Shown here: positions 17,793 through 27,854 of the stretch, piece by piece | Position numbering within the stretch: position 1 is the stretch's first letter | How the letters are laid out: each line of letters begins with the position of its first letter | Source: a virus | Taxonomy: Duplodnaviria; Caudoviricetes | Reading direction: 5' to 3' (one strand) | DNA length: 48,395 nt | Virus record (IMG/VR): IMGVR_UViG_3300020045_018023 | Span: 1 to 48,395 of that record | Position numbers and translations under genes: made by a program | Notes under the pieces: model-generated | The model's input: only the letters and a program-made list of their open reading frames with translations | Told to the model about the DNA's origin: nothing | Database searches by the model: none

Positions 17793-19145
17793 ATGGTAAA
17801 TATCGTAACGAATGGCCAACCTTCAAGTGTTACGTTTAATGTAGATAGTGGGGAAATTTCTCCACAAATCTATGTTCAAGATTCACTTGTTAAAATGGCA
17901 GCTGATTCAGGCATGGTGAATACTATAAATGACATCAATAATGAGAGTTATCACACCGATCAGGATTTACGTGATGATTATGGTGTCGAACGTGAACCTA
18001 TTTATCAACAAAATGATGATTTAGAAGAAGAACCAGAGCAAGAACAAGAACAGCTATATCAAGAAGAACACCAACAGCAACAAAAACAAAGAAAGAAATC
18101 TCCACAACGAAAATCAAAAGGGGATAAACGTTTTGATGATCTTATTTACAAGTTAGGTTCTAAATCACAAGAAGCTGAAGAAATTGCGCAACAACGTGAT
18201 GCAACAGCAAGAGAATTAAAACTCGCTCGCGATGAACATGCAGCTTATGTTTTGAATGTTGAAAAACAAAATATAGAACATAACATTAATCGTGTAACAG
18301 ATATAATGGTACGCGCTAAAGAAACTGGACAGATACGTTCTGAAGTTGATGCAAACCGTTTGATGAATGAACTTGTTGTACAAGAATCTCAAACAAATGC
18401 GGCTATAAATCAATTAGAGCAAGAACGTGAAGATTATGCAGCTGTTCCTCAAAAATCAGAATATGAAGAACTTGCAAAAGAAATGTTCGACGAGTTATCA
18501 GATCCTCGGGAATTTTACAGCCCAGCCTATTCTAGGTGGTTATCGAACAATACATATTACAATCCCCACGATCATGAAAATTTTGATTTAGATCTTGCCA
18601 AAGATGTGAATCATATCAAGCGAACATTTAATAAATTTTTGAAACATACAGGAAATGCAGATTTTATTGGCACAGACAATTATTACCAAGAATTTGATGC
18701 TGTCGTTAAGCACAAGTTATACGGCGAATATATGCCTCCAACAAATCAAAATTATTCCAACAGAGGTTATGCACAACAAGAAAGAAATGATGTGAGACAA
18801 ATCAATTATTCAATCGACCCAAGATATGAAGAATCTTTAGGGAATGCAATGCCAGAAGGTCAATCACGTATACGTGGAACATATCCTGATGATCCAGGTT
18901 ATGAAGCACCTCGAAATGCATACCAACCACCACGTCAACAACAAAGACAAGGTGTCGCACCTGTAAATAGATCTGGTTATAACCAGCAGTATCAACAGCA
19001 GGCAGCTCCTTTATCAGAACAAGAACGTAAATTGGCGATCATGATGCCAATGGTTGATATGCAAGGTAGACCATTGTCAGAACGTGAAAAACTTCAATCA
19101 TATGCCGCAGATAAAGCAAATATGAATCAAAATAATAGGAGATAA
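17793..19145 (+). CDS. Capsid scaffolding protein
   Basis: Acidic N-terminus, KRFDDL coiled coil, W...N.YY motif, C-terminal LSEQERKLA; upstream of capsid genes. Confidence 0.7.
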   Translation: MVNIVTNGQPSSVTFNVDSGEISPQIYVQDSLVKMAADSGMVNTINDINNESYHTDQDLRDDYGVEREPIYQQNDDLEEEPEQEQEQLYQEEHQQQQKQRKKSPQRKSKGDKRFDDLIYKLGSKSQEAEEIAQQRDATARELKLARDEHAAYVLNVEKQNIEHNINRVTDIMVRAKETGQIRSEVDANRLMNELVVQESQTNAAINQLEQEREDYAAVPQKSEYEELAKEMFDELSDPREFYSPAYSRWLSNNTYYNPHDHENFDLDLAKDVNHIKRTFNKFLKHTGNADFIGTDNYYQEFDAVVKHKLYGEYMPPTNQNYSNRGYAQQERNDVRQINYSIDPRYEESLGNAMPEGQSRIRGTYPDDPGYEAPRNAYQPPRQQQRQGVAPVNRSGYNQQYQQQAAPLSEQERKLAIMMPMVDMQGRPLSEREKLQSYAADKANMNQNNRR

Positions 19146-19147
19146 TA

Positions 19148-19849
19148 ATGTCTAGAGAAAGATCTGTAAAACCAAAGAATGATGCTCATCCCTATGATAA
19201 ATCAACAAGTCCTGATCAATGGAATGATCGTTCTGATATTATTGATTCTTATAATGATGCATCAAGTTTGAAGCCTCCCGTTGAATCATCCATCCCAATA
19301 GGAGAACTTGCCTTTAAAACTGAAGGATTTGCACCTCGTTCAAGAGCAGCATTTACACGTACAGCTGATGATAGAATAAATCATTTTATTGATCAATATT
19401 CAAAGCAATCAACGGAAAATTTTAGAGGAAAAACATTTATGCCTCCTGAATGCATTCCAAATGGTCGTGTATTTTTATGGGCACGTAAAACTGTTTCTGG
19501 GCGTCCAGATGATCATAACATTGGTAACTTACAATCAAAACATGGTTGGCAAGTTGCGCAGGCTGATGAATATCCAGGATATGGATTTTATGCAGATGAT
19601 GGGAGTGTAAATGATTCAGCTGGAGTCTTATATATGGGTGGTTTAATGGGTATGGATCGTGACGAACGTATTCATAATGCACAATTAAATCGTATGGCTA
19701 AATTGAGAAAAGCAACTGATTCACAGTATGAAGATTTGAAGTCAAAAAATCCAAATGCAGCACCACGTAGTCAATCGAATATGGAAGCATATAACGATAT
19801 ATTTTTCCCGTCAACAGAAAATACGCGTTCTCATACATCTTCTTTTTAA
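19148..19849 (+). CDS. Conserved head-module hypothetical protein
   Basis: PP..IP.G..F.W.R..V.G..D..N......GW....A.EYP...G....GGL pattern typical of the gene between scaffold and cement. Confidence 0.7.
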   Translation: MSRERSVKPKNDAHPYDKSTSPDQWNDRSDIIDSYNDASSLKPPVESSIPIGELAFKTEGFAPRSRAAFTRTADDRINHFIDQYSKQSTENFRGKTFMPPECIPNGRVFLWARKTVSGRPDDHNIGNLQSKHGWQVAQADEYPGYGFYADDGSVNDSAGVLYMGGLMGMDRDERIHNAQLNRMAKLRKATDSQYEDLKSKNPNAAPRSQSNMEAYNDIFFPSTENTRSHTSSF

Positions 19850-20083
19850 TACTTAATGCAGAAGCTTAAAAAACTTCTGCTAAACGCTTGTGTATAATAA
19901 AAAGTTATGTCTATACTATATATAGTTCCATTTCCTCAGGTAAAACTGAGAGTTTCCGCAACGATAGGACATCAGCGCGGTTTCCCATAATTTGGGTGTA
20001 ATTCTATCCTCGGATATGTCGGAAAAGTCCAAAAAGTAATTTGTTTATTTTTTGAAATCTTTACACATATTCGAGGTCTAAAT

Positions 20084-20746
20084 ATGTCTATCACACAATC
20101 TCCATATGGCTTGTCGTTCTTTGATTACAAAGGCGGTAAGAATCGTATGTCAACAACTGACTACTATATACAAAGTGGCACAAATGGTGTGTCAGTTGGT
20201 CAAGGTGATCCAGTTTCAGTTTCAAGTACTGTAGGTTATGTTGTTGGTTGGAATGGTCAAACTGCTCCAACTGCACCTGCTCAAGCAAACATTGCTGGTT
20301 CCATTGTTGGTGTAGCAGTTAGTTTCTCATGGGTAAGCACAACTGGTGTGCACATGAAAAATCAATCTTATTTGCCAGCTGGAACACAAACTTTAAATTT
20401 ACTGCCAATCACTGTAAAAATTGCCGATCTATTTTCAAATGTATATCGCATTCAGTGTAATGGTCCATTCGGACTTACTGCACCAGCTACAGCGATATTT
20501 CATAATTATAATTTTACAACTGTCACCGCAACACCTGCAAATCCAAATAATTCTCAGTCACTTGTTCAGCTTGATACGAATAGTAGCGGCGTTGCACCTC
20601 CTAATTACTGGCTCAATGCAAAGATTGTTGGCCTATCTCCAGCTATAACAAGTGGTGGAACAAACTCATGGTATGACCCATATCCAGACGTTCTCGTAAT
20701 GATTAATAACCATGCTTACAAGCCTGGCACAAACGGTACAGCTTAG
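20084..20746 (+). CDS. Capsid cement/decoration protein
   Basis: PYGL...Y.IQSG...V.QGDPV...IVGV..., YRIQ; beta-rich and directly upstream of MCP. Confidence 0.7.
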   Translation: MSITQSPYGLSFFDYKGGKNRMSTTDYYIQSGTNGVSVGQGDPVSVSSTVGYVVGWNGQTAPTAPAQANIAGSIVGVAVSFSWVSTTGVHMKNQSYLPAGTQTLNLLPITVKIADLFSNVYRIQCNGPFGLTAPATAIFHNYNFTTVTATPANPNNSQSLVQLDTNSSGVAPPNYWLNAKIVGLSPAITSGGTNSWYDPYPDVLVMINNHAYKPGTNGTA

Positions 20747-20758
20747 GAAATATAGATC

Positions 20759-21676
20759 ATGTCAACAACATTAATTACAGCCGCCAATCTCCCAAACTTA
20801 CTTATTCCTGGTGTTAGAGGAATAATGTCAGATTATTTATTCTACGCAAATCAATGGAAACAACTTTATACAATCCTGCCTTCTATTAAGAATGCAGAAT
20901 ATGATATTGAAACCGTACCTTTGAATGCTGCAGCTCAATTTTCTGAAGGTAGTGACATTCCACTTGGAACGATGAGCCAAATTTACGTAACCACATCCGA
21001 TATCATGAATTTTGGTGTTGGATTTGTGATTAGCGCGATCGCAATTGAAGATAACTTATACCCTGATCAATTCCCTAAAGGTATTGTCGGTATCAAAGAA
21101 AATATGAAGATACTTTCTGAATATCAAGGTATAGCACTTTTTGATAATGCGTTCTCAACAGTTGATCCACAGTATATTCTCGCAGACGGACAATCAATGT
21201 GTTCTGCTTCTCACCCAATTCAAACAGGTGTTGTAAGTAATACATTAAGTCCAACTCAGCTTAATGAAACGTCTGCTCAAGATATGATTATGGGCATTCA
21301 ATCATTCAGAGATAGCGCTGGTTTGCTTCGTAAATTTGAAGCTAAAACATACCTTGTTGGTATTGAAAACCAATGGACAGCTCAAGTTTTGATTGGTTCA
21401 AATTATTCACCAAACGATACAACCAATGCTGTGAACCCACTTACATATGGTGAGTACATGTCTGGTGGTTTCTTGTTGAATAACTACATGGCGAACCCAG
21501 GTAACTATTTCATGATGACTAACTACAAAGAAGGTCTTGTGCATTATTTACGTAAGTCAATTGAAATCCAAATGACAACTGACCAGGCAAACCGAAACTT
21601 ATCTGTTTATGGAAACGAACGTTATCGAAATCGATGTATCAATTTTAGATCAGTTTTTGGTGTCCAAGGCTTCTAG
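20759..21676 (+). CDS. Major capsid protein (HK97 fold, Mu gpT-like family)
   Basis: L.PG.......Y...W...Y....S..AE......AA.F.EG, GF.IS..AIEDNLY, DGQSMCSASHP, L.ETS....., ERY......R..FG..G. Confidence 0.88.
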   Translation: MSTTLITAANLPNLLIPGVRGIMSDYLFYANQWKQLYTILPSIKNAEYDIETVPLNAAAQFSEGSDIPLGTMSQIYVTTSDIMNFGVGFVISAIAIEDNLYPDQFPKGIVGIKENMKILSEYQGIALFDNAFSTVDPQYILADGQSMCSASHPIQTGVVSNTLSPTQLNETSAQDMIMGIQSFRDSAGLLRKFEAKTYLVGIENQWTAQVLIGSNYSPNDTTNAVNPLTYGEYMSGGFLLNNYMANPGNYFMMTNYKEGLVHYLRKSIEIQMTTDQANRNLSVYGNERYRNRCINFRSVFGVQGF

Positions 21677-21688
21677 AAAGTAACAAAA

Positions 21689-22609
21689 ATGGCTTTAACG
21701 ACGAATGTTTCTAACGCAATTCCTCAAGCAGTGAGTTATGTTTCGAATGGGATGTCGGCCGATATTGTGGGGGTTAAATTCCCCCTGCAAAAAGGCGTTC
21801 CCTATCAAAATCTTTACATGTTTAAGGTTATTCCGGCTTCTTCTAGTTCTGTTTCTATATCAGCAATGAATACATTTCAGGCTGAAGGGCAACCATTAAA
21901 TCAACGCAATACAGGTACAGATAATAATGTTTCTTCTATTGCCTTAAATATATCAAATTTTATTGGTGTGGGATCTTATAACCCACATATTAATGGAATA
22001 TTACTTGATTGCGAACGAACGCTTGTTCTTACAGCCTCTGCTTCAACAACTCAATCATTTACATGGACTGTTACTGGATTTGATTATCTCGGCACAGCAG
22101 TAACACATTCGCAAAATTGTTCATCAGGTCAAACTCAATATACAATGTTGCAACCATTTTCAATTATAACTTCATGTATTTTGTCTCAATCACCTGGAGT
22201 TTCTGTTTCTATAGGTTCAGGGAATGGAATTGGTCTTCCTTATTATTTAACGAATATTTCAAATATTGTAAGTATGACATCTGGTGCGACAGTAACACCT
22301 GCAAATAATTGGCGCGTAACAAATACTACAGCTACAACATCTCCTACACGAGGATTTATAACACCCTCATCGGCTCCTAATGGAACGACGTTATTGAATA
22401 TTTGTTATTACGTGTATGGATCTGATTCAGAGATGAACGCTGAGTTAAATAATGCGAATCAATCTGCTTTAAGAATTGCATCAATTCAACATGGCGCAGC
22501 TACTGCACAAAATGTGCTTCCTCTTATCACTCGGTATGATCTTACAGGTGTTGTCTATCCAGGTGATAGTGACTTTATTCGCATCTATAGCCAAGCAAAA
22601 TTATCTTAG
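21689..22609 (+). CDS. Virion protein, paralog 1 of tandem array (probable head decoration/fibre)
   Basis: S/T-rich. Shares VSYV.NG, FPLQ.GVP, FKVIPA, LLDCER, T..G.DY.G.AV, IG.PY.L, Y.YG.DSE.NAE.NN with the next three genes. Confidence 0.75.
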   Translation: MALTTNVSNAIPQAVSYVSNGMSADIVGVKFPLQKGVPYQNLYMFKVIPASSSSVSISAMNTFQAEGQPLNQRNTGTDNNVSSIALNISNFIGVGSYNPHINGILLDCERTLVLTASASTTQSFTWTVTGFDYLGTAVTHSQNCSSGQTQYTMLQPFSIITSCILSQSPGVSVSIGSGNGIGLPYYLTNISNIVSMTSGATVTPANNWRVTNTTATTSPTRGFITPSSAPNGTTLLNICYYVYGSDSEMNAELNNANQSALRIASIQHGAATAQNVLPLITRYDLTGVVYPGDSDFIRIYSQAKLS

Positions 22610-22618
22610 GAATCACAC

Positions 22619-23629
22619 ATGTCATTAACAACAATTATTCCAAACTTAAAGACACCGTTTACAAAGAAGCAAACAGTTAGTTACGTAACTAATGGTATAT
22701 CAATAGATGTAAATAACGTTCAATTCCCGCTTCAAACTGGCGTTCCTGTTCAACCTATTTACACGTTTAAAGTTATTCCTGCACCATCTGGTGCTAACGT
22801 TACTCTCCCTTATGTGACAACAACAAGTGCCTCAGGTTTTACCTTATTGCCGGTAACAACAACACAATCAACAACTGTTTCAGGTACTACTTTTGTGCAA
22901 GTTAAGCCAATTGTTTTTCTAGGCAAGAGTGGTGCACTTCTTGATTGCGAGCGTGTTGTTGTTTTTACTCCTTCTGTACCTACGACAGCTACAACAATTC
23001 TTACATTACAAGGTTATGACTACCGTGGTGTTGCTGTTCAAACGACTACGGCTACAATTCCAGTCGGGAGTATTGGCGGCGGAATACAAACTCCTATAAC
23101 CGTTCTTACAAGTGTTAGTTTTTCATCAAACCCTCTTCCTGCTGGTGGAGCAACAATTCAAATGCTTACCAATAGACAAATAGGTTTTCCTTATTTTCTA
23201 CCATCAGCATCTTATGTTTTGTCTGCTAGTTATGGTGGTACCTCTATGCTTCCTAGCACAAGTGCATTCAATCCCGGATACTCATGGCGAACATCAGCTA
23301 CATTTACTTCAACTTCATGTGCGCGTGGTTTGTGGCAACTTCCTTCTTCACCGGATGGTATTCAAGAATTTATTATGACGGCTTATTATTATGGAGCCGA
23401 TTCCGAAGTAAATGCAGAAATTAATAACTCAGTTCAATCTACATTAAGAATAGTTGGTGTATCAAAAACAGCTTCTTCTTCTTACCCAACACCTACATAT
23501 GTATATCCATATCTAGTCTCTCAAGATTTAACAGGTGTCCAAATTGACAATGGTATTCAATTAACAGCGAATGGTTATGCTGGTGATTCAGCTTTCTTGT
23601 CTTCCTATATCAAACTTATTGCATCATAG
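22619..23629 (+). CDS. Virion protein, paralog 2 (336 aa)
   Basis: Colinear and gapless with paralogs 3 and 4. Confidence 0.8.
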   Translation: MSLTTIIPNLKTPFTKKQTVSYVTNGISIDVNNVQFPLQTGVPVQPIYTFKVIPAPSGANVTLPYVTTTSASGFTLLPVTTTQSTTVSGTTFVQVKPIVFLGKSGALLDCERVVVFTPSVPTTATTILTLQGYDYRGVAVQTTTATIPVGSIGGGIQTPITVLTSVSFSSNPLPAGGATIQMLTNRQIGFPYFLPSASYVLSASYGGTSMLPSTSAFNPGYSWRTSATFTSTSCARGLWQLPSSPDGIQEFIMTAYYYGADSEVNAEINNSVQSTLRIVGVSKTASSSYPTPTYVYPYLVSQDLTGVQIDNGIQLTANGYAGDSAFLSSYIKLIAS

Positions 23630-23638
23630 GAGATACAC

Positions 23639-24649
23639 ATGGCATTAACGACACTTATACCAAATTTATTATTCCCATTTACAAAGCCACAAGCGGTTAG
23701 TTATATCAATAATGGTATTACAATAGATGTGAATAAAGTTAAATTCCCACTTCAAACGGGTGTGTCTGTACAACCTAATTACACGTTTAAAGTTATTCCT
23801 GCACCTTCTGAGGCCAATGTTACTTCACCTTATACAACATCAACAAGTGCAGCAGGATTTAATTTAACACCAATTACAACTCAGCAATCTATAACTGTTT
23901 CAGGTGCTCCTTTTATTCAGGTTCAACCTATAATTTTCTTAGGTGAGAGTGCTGCATTACTCGATTGTGAACGTAGTATTCAAGTTAATTTTTCCGCATC
24001 TACTACAGCTACAACAATTATTACTCTTAAAGGGTATGACTACCGTGGTGTTGCTGTTCAAACGACTACGTCTACAATTCCAGTTGGATCTATTTATTAT
24101 ATTATAGAAACACCAATAACAATTCTTACAAGTGTTAGTTTTTCATCAAACCCTCTTCCTGCTGGTGGAGAAATAATCACAGTTGAAACAACTGAGCAGA
24201 TAGGGTTTCCTTACTTACTTCCATCACAATCTTATGTAATAGCGGCTAATTGGGATGGTGTAACACTTCTTCCTAATGAAGGTGTTTTTGAGCCTGGATA
24301 CTCATGGCGAACATTAGGAGCATTTACTGAAACTACATGTGCGCGTGGTTATTGGGATCTTCCTTCCTCACCAGATGGGATTAAAGAATTTATTATGACA
24401 GCTTATTATTATGGAGCTGATTCCGAAGTAAATGCGGAAATTAATAACTCAGTTCAATCTACATTAAGAATAGTTGGTGTAACAAAAACTGATTCTTCAT
24501 CTATTTCATCACCTACATATGTATATCCATATCTAGTCTCTCAAGATTTAACAGGTGTCCAAATTGACAATGGCGCCCAATTAACAGCGGATGGTTATGC
24601 TGGTGATTCAGCATTCCTATATGCCTATAACGTTCTTATTGCATCATAG
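23639..24649 (+). CDS. Virion protein, paralog 3 (336 aa)
   Basis: As above; taggag SD overlaps the previous stop. Confidence 0.8.
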   Translation: MALTTLIPNLLFPFTKPQAVSYINNGITIDVNKVKFPLQTGVSVQPNYTFKVIPAPSEANVTSPYTTSTSAAGFNLTPITTQQSITVSGAPFIQVQPIIFLGESAALLDCERSIQVNFSASTTATTIITLKGYDYRGVAVQTTTSTIPVGSIYYIIETPITILTSVSFSSNPLPAGGEIITVETTEQIGFPYLLPSQSYVIAANWDGVTLLPNEGVFEPGYSWRTLGAFTETTCARGYWDLPSSPDGIKEFIMTAYYYGADSEVNAEINNSVQSTLRIVGVTKTDSSSISSPTYVYPYLVSQDLTGVQIDNGAQLTADGYAGDSAFLYAYNVLIAS

Positions 24650-24658
24650 GAGATACAC

Positions 24659-25669
24659 ATGGCATTAACGACATTTATACCAAAATTAATCCCTCCTTTT
24701 ACAAAACCACAAGAAGTTAGTTACATAACCAATGGTATATCAATGGATGTAAATAACGTTAAATTCCCGCTTCAAGCTGGCGTTCCTATTCAGCCAATTT
24801 ACATGTTTAAAGTTATTCCTGCACCTTCTAGTGCAAATGTTACTTCACCTTATACAACATCAACTAATAGTGCTGGTTTTACTTTAAATCCTATAACAAC
24901 ACAACAATCAGCTACTGTTTCGAGTGCTCCTTTTATTCAGGTTCAACCTATTACATTTTTAGGTAAGAGTGGTGCACTTCTTGATTGCGAGCGTAGTCTC
25001 GTAGTTAATTTTACTACACCTTCTACAGCTACAACAATTATGACTCTTAAGGGATATGACTATCGTGGTGTTGCCGTTCAAACAACGACACCTGCACTTA
25101 CAATTGGTACTACTAATTATGTAATATCCACACCAATCTCGATTTTTACAAGTATTAGTTTTTCATCAAATCCATTCTTCGTTTCTGCAGCAACAATTAC
25201 AGTCCAAACAACTGATGAAATAGGTTTTCCTTACTTATTGACATCACAATCTTATGTAATATCGGCTAATTGGAACGGCACTTCTCTTCTTCCTAGCAGT
25301 GGTTTTTTCTCACCTGGATATTTATGGAGAACCTTAGGAGCATTTACAGTAAATACATCTGCACGTGGTTTTTGGGAGCTTCCTTCCTCACCAGATGGGA
25401 TTAAAGAATTCATTATGACAGCTTATTATTACGGAGCTGATTCTGAAATTAATGCGGAAATTAATAATTTAAATCAATCATCACTCAAGGTAGTTGGTGT
25501 AACAAAAACTGATTCTTCATCTTATCCAACACCCACATATGTATATCCATATCTAGTCTCTCAAGATTTAACAGGTGTTCAAATTGATGAAGGCGCCCAA
25601 TTAACAGCGGATGGTTATGCTGGTGATTCAGCATTCCTATATGCCTATAACGTTCTTATTGCATCATAA
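24659..25669 (+). CDS. Virion protein, paralog 4 (336 aa)
   Basis: As above. Confidence 0.8.
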   Translation: MALTTFIPKLIPPFTKPQEVSYITNGISMDVNNVKFPLQAGVPIQPIYMFKVIPAPSSANVTSPYTTSTNSAGFTLNPITTQQSATVSSAPFIQVQPITFLGKSGALLDCERSLVVNFTTPSTATTIMTLKGYDYRGVAVQTTTPALTIGTTNYVISTPISIFTSISFSSNPFFVSAATITVQTTDEIGFPYLLTSQSYVISANWNGTSLLPSSGFFSPGYLWRTLGAFTVNTSARGFWELPSSPDGIKEFIMTAYYYGADSEINAEINNLNQSSLKVVGVTKTDSSSYPTPTYVYPYLVSQDLTGVQIDEGAQLTADGYAGDSAFLYAYNVLIAS

Positions 25670-25678
25670 AGGATACAT

Positions 25679-26515
25679 ATGAAACCTATCGTCATTACAT
25701 GGCCAAGTGTCGCATCAACAGAAACTGTAATTGCTTCCTCTCAATCTGTAACGAATGGCATTCCATTAACATTAAATGCGACGAATTATATTCCTAATTT
25801 GTCGGCTTCTGGTAATGGTGAAAATGTTCCTGGAAATCTTGTCCCACCTTATAGTACATCTCCTTTATTTGGAATCATTCCCAATCTTGGGACAGGAGGT
25901 ACATCTCCTGTTTATCAAATGCCAAAAGGAAATGTTCGTTCAATCTCAATTGCAACGGCATCTGGCTCATTAGGAACCACTCAATTTGCAGTCGTTGGAC
26001 TTGATCAAAATGGAAATTCTATAACCGTAACCGGTACACCTTCAACTGTTGAAGCTTATTTCTTTCAAACAATTATTTCAATTACACCACAAGCGACTCT
26101 TTCTAGTGGAAATAATGTTCATGTTGGTTTAGGTACAGGTGGAACAACTTCACTCATCGCACTTGATATTTGGAATAAGAATAATAATTACACAATTTCT
26201 TATACATCTGGAACTGGTGTTATACAACTTACACCCTACTTTACAGTCAATTCAGCATATACATATGTAGATAATGTGCAAGTGCCAATTCAAACATTCG
26301 CCCAAAATCCGCAACTTTATTACATATTACCAGTAGGAAATGCAAATTTTATTAATAGCCCGTCAACAGCAACGACACTTCCTTTCTCTACCATATCAAG
26401 CGGTGTTTCGTATAGCGTTGTAGGACTTCCGATGACAGGTTTACTTACTTCTGTTTCCATAGCATCAACAGCATCTTTCACACAAACAATCATACAACAA
26501 GGAGGCCTCGTTTAA
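25679..26515 (+). CDS. Virion structural protein, distantly related to the array
   Basis: RSISI...TQFAVVGLDQNGNSIT...FFQTIISIT echoes the R.(I/L)...T..G.D..G..V...I.S core of paralogs 1-4. Confidence 0.7.
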   Translation: MKPIVITWPSVASTETVIASSQSVTNGIPLTLNATNYIPNLSASGNGENVPGNLVPPYSTSPLFGIIPNLGTGGTSPVYQMPKGNVRSISIATASGSLGTTQFAVVGLDQNGNSITVTGTPSTVEAYFFQTIISITPQATLSSGNNVHVGLGTGGTTSLIALDIWNKNNNYTISYTSGTGVIQLTPYFTVNSAYTYVDNVQVPIQTFAQNPQLYYILPVGNANFINSPSTATTLPFSTISSGVSYSVVGLPMTGLLTSVSIASTASFTQTIIQQGGLV

Positions 26516-26754
26516 TGGGTAGTAGTCGTGCATCAAAAGAACAAATGAAAATGAATGGAACTGTGAAAAGAGCATCTGGTGGTGAAGTAGACCATTGGAT
26601 TCAAAATGCCAATGTCAAAAAAGGAGCACTTCATTCTGCCTTACATGTCAGTCCAGATAAACGCATTCCAGAAAAAAAGTTAGACAAAGCTTTGCATTCT
26701 AAAAATGAGCATATGCGTAAAATGGCTCAATTTGCTGAGAACGTTAAACATTAA
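26515..26754 (+). CDS. Small basic conserved phage protein
   Basis: WIQNANVKKGALHSALHV..DKRIPEKKL.KA pattern; RASGGEV motif. Confidence 0.75.
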   Translation: MGSSRASKEQMKMNGTVKRASGGEVDHWIQNANVKKGALHSALHVSPDKRIPEKKLDKALHSKNEHMRKMAQFAENVKH

Positions 26755-26777
26755 TTTAACCGCGATAAGGGGTTGTG

Positions 26778-27854
26778 ATGGGAACATCACTACAATATTC
26801 ATTCCCAGTAATAGATGCAGATCTTATCATAAGAGATGCCTTTGAAAGATGTGGAATTCTTAATTATCTTGAAGATGCTGTTAAATATCAATCGGCGCGT
26901 CGTTCATTAAATTTACTTTTACAACATTGGACTAATCGTGGATTTAATCTTTCTACACTTGAACAAAGTGTTATTGAGGTTAATCCTGGACAAAATGTAT
27001 ATGCACTTCCATCCAACACATCAAAGCTTCTTCAATGTAAACTTGCAAATTCAAATCAAATACTCGGCGGAACAGCTAGTGCTAGTACTGGCGGTGATCC
27101 AAGTATTATATTTGCAAAAACAATTACCAGTTCTTTTGCGCTTTCCGCAGTTAATGGAAATATCTCATACGTATATCCACAAGCAACGCCCATTCTTCTC
27201 GTAGGGATTCAATCAGCAATATCAACTAAATATCAGGTTGCAATTGAATGTTCATATCTTTCTACACCTAGTGATTCTGATTGGATAACAGTTCTAGAAA
27301 CTCCTTTGCTTGAATATTATGTAGGTGCTTCTCAATGGTTTTATCTTCCATTCACAGATTCAGCTTTGAGTTGGCGTGTAAGACAGATCAATGGGACAGC
27401 TCCTAATCCCGTTCAGGTTCCTTTGAATCTTACTCAGATCTATTTTGGCATTCCTTATATTAGTTTGCCAATGCAACCTGTGGGAAATGATCTTTATTTT
27501 CAATTTCCGAGTAATTCACAAAATGGAACATCAACGACATATTGGACAAATCGTACACGTATTCCAACATTGAATGTTTGGCCGGTTCCTAATAATTCAT
27601 ATCAATTCTTCTTCTATTTACGTATTCGGTTTATTCAAGATGTTGGCGATTTTTCGGACAGCTTAGATATAAGAGCAACGTTCATAGATGCAGCAACTGC
27701 TGGATTGGCAGCTAAATTAGCTCAGAAATTTGCTACCGATCGGTATGATATGCTCTCACAAGATGCTGCAATTGTTTATACCCAAGCTGGTTGTGAAGAT
27801 ACTGAAAATGTTTCTTCACTCATAACATGGGCATCGGGTCAACAAAATGAGTAG
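26778..27854 (+). CDS. Head-tail connector/adaptor protein with inserted beta domain
   Basis: II.DAFERCG.....YQSARRSLNLLL..W.NRG.NL, L.VWPVP, R.IQDVG, GLAAKLA.K. Confidence 0.75.
   Translation: MGTSLQYSFPVIDADLIIRDAFERCGILNYLEDAVKYQSARRSLNLLLQHWTNRGFNLSTLEQSVIEVNPGQNVYALPSNTSKLLQCKLANSNQILGGTASASTGGDPSIIFAKTITSSFALSAVNGNISYVYPQATPILLVGIQSAISTKYQVAIECSYLSTPSDSDWITVLETPLLEYYVGASQWFYLPFTDSALSWRVRQINGTAPNPVQVPLNLTQIYFGIPYISLPMQPVGNDLYFQFPSNSQNGTSTTYWTNRTRIPTLNVWPVPNNSYQFFFYLRIRFIQDVGDFSDSLDIRATFIDAATAGLAAKLAQKFATDRYDMLSQDAAIVYTQAGCEDTENVSSLITWASGQQNE

Larger units (their letters stand above)
22619..25678 (+). repeat. Tandem triplication with exact 1020-bp period
   Basis: Starts at 22619, 23639, 24659 (next gene at 25679); long identical nucleotide blocks between copies. 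Confidence 0.95.

Noticed and set aside
22619-25669. Diversity-generating retroelement (TR/VR) or invertase shufflon
   Set aside because: No reverse transcriptase or site-specific recombinase was recognised, differences are not adenine-specific, and all copies are intact direct-orientation genes with SDs.
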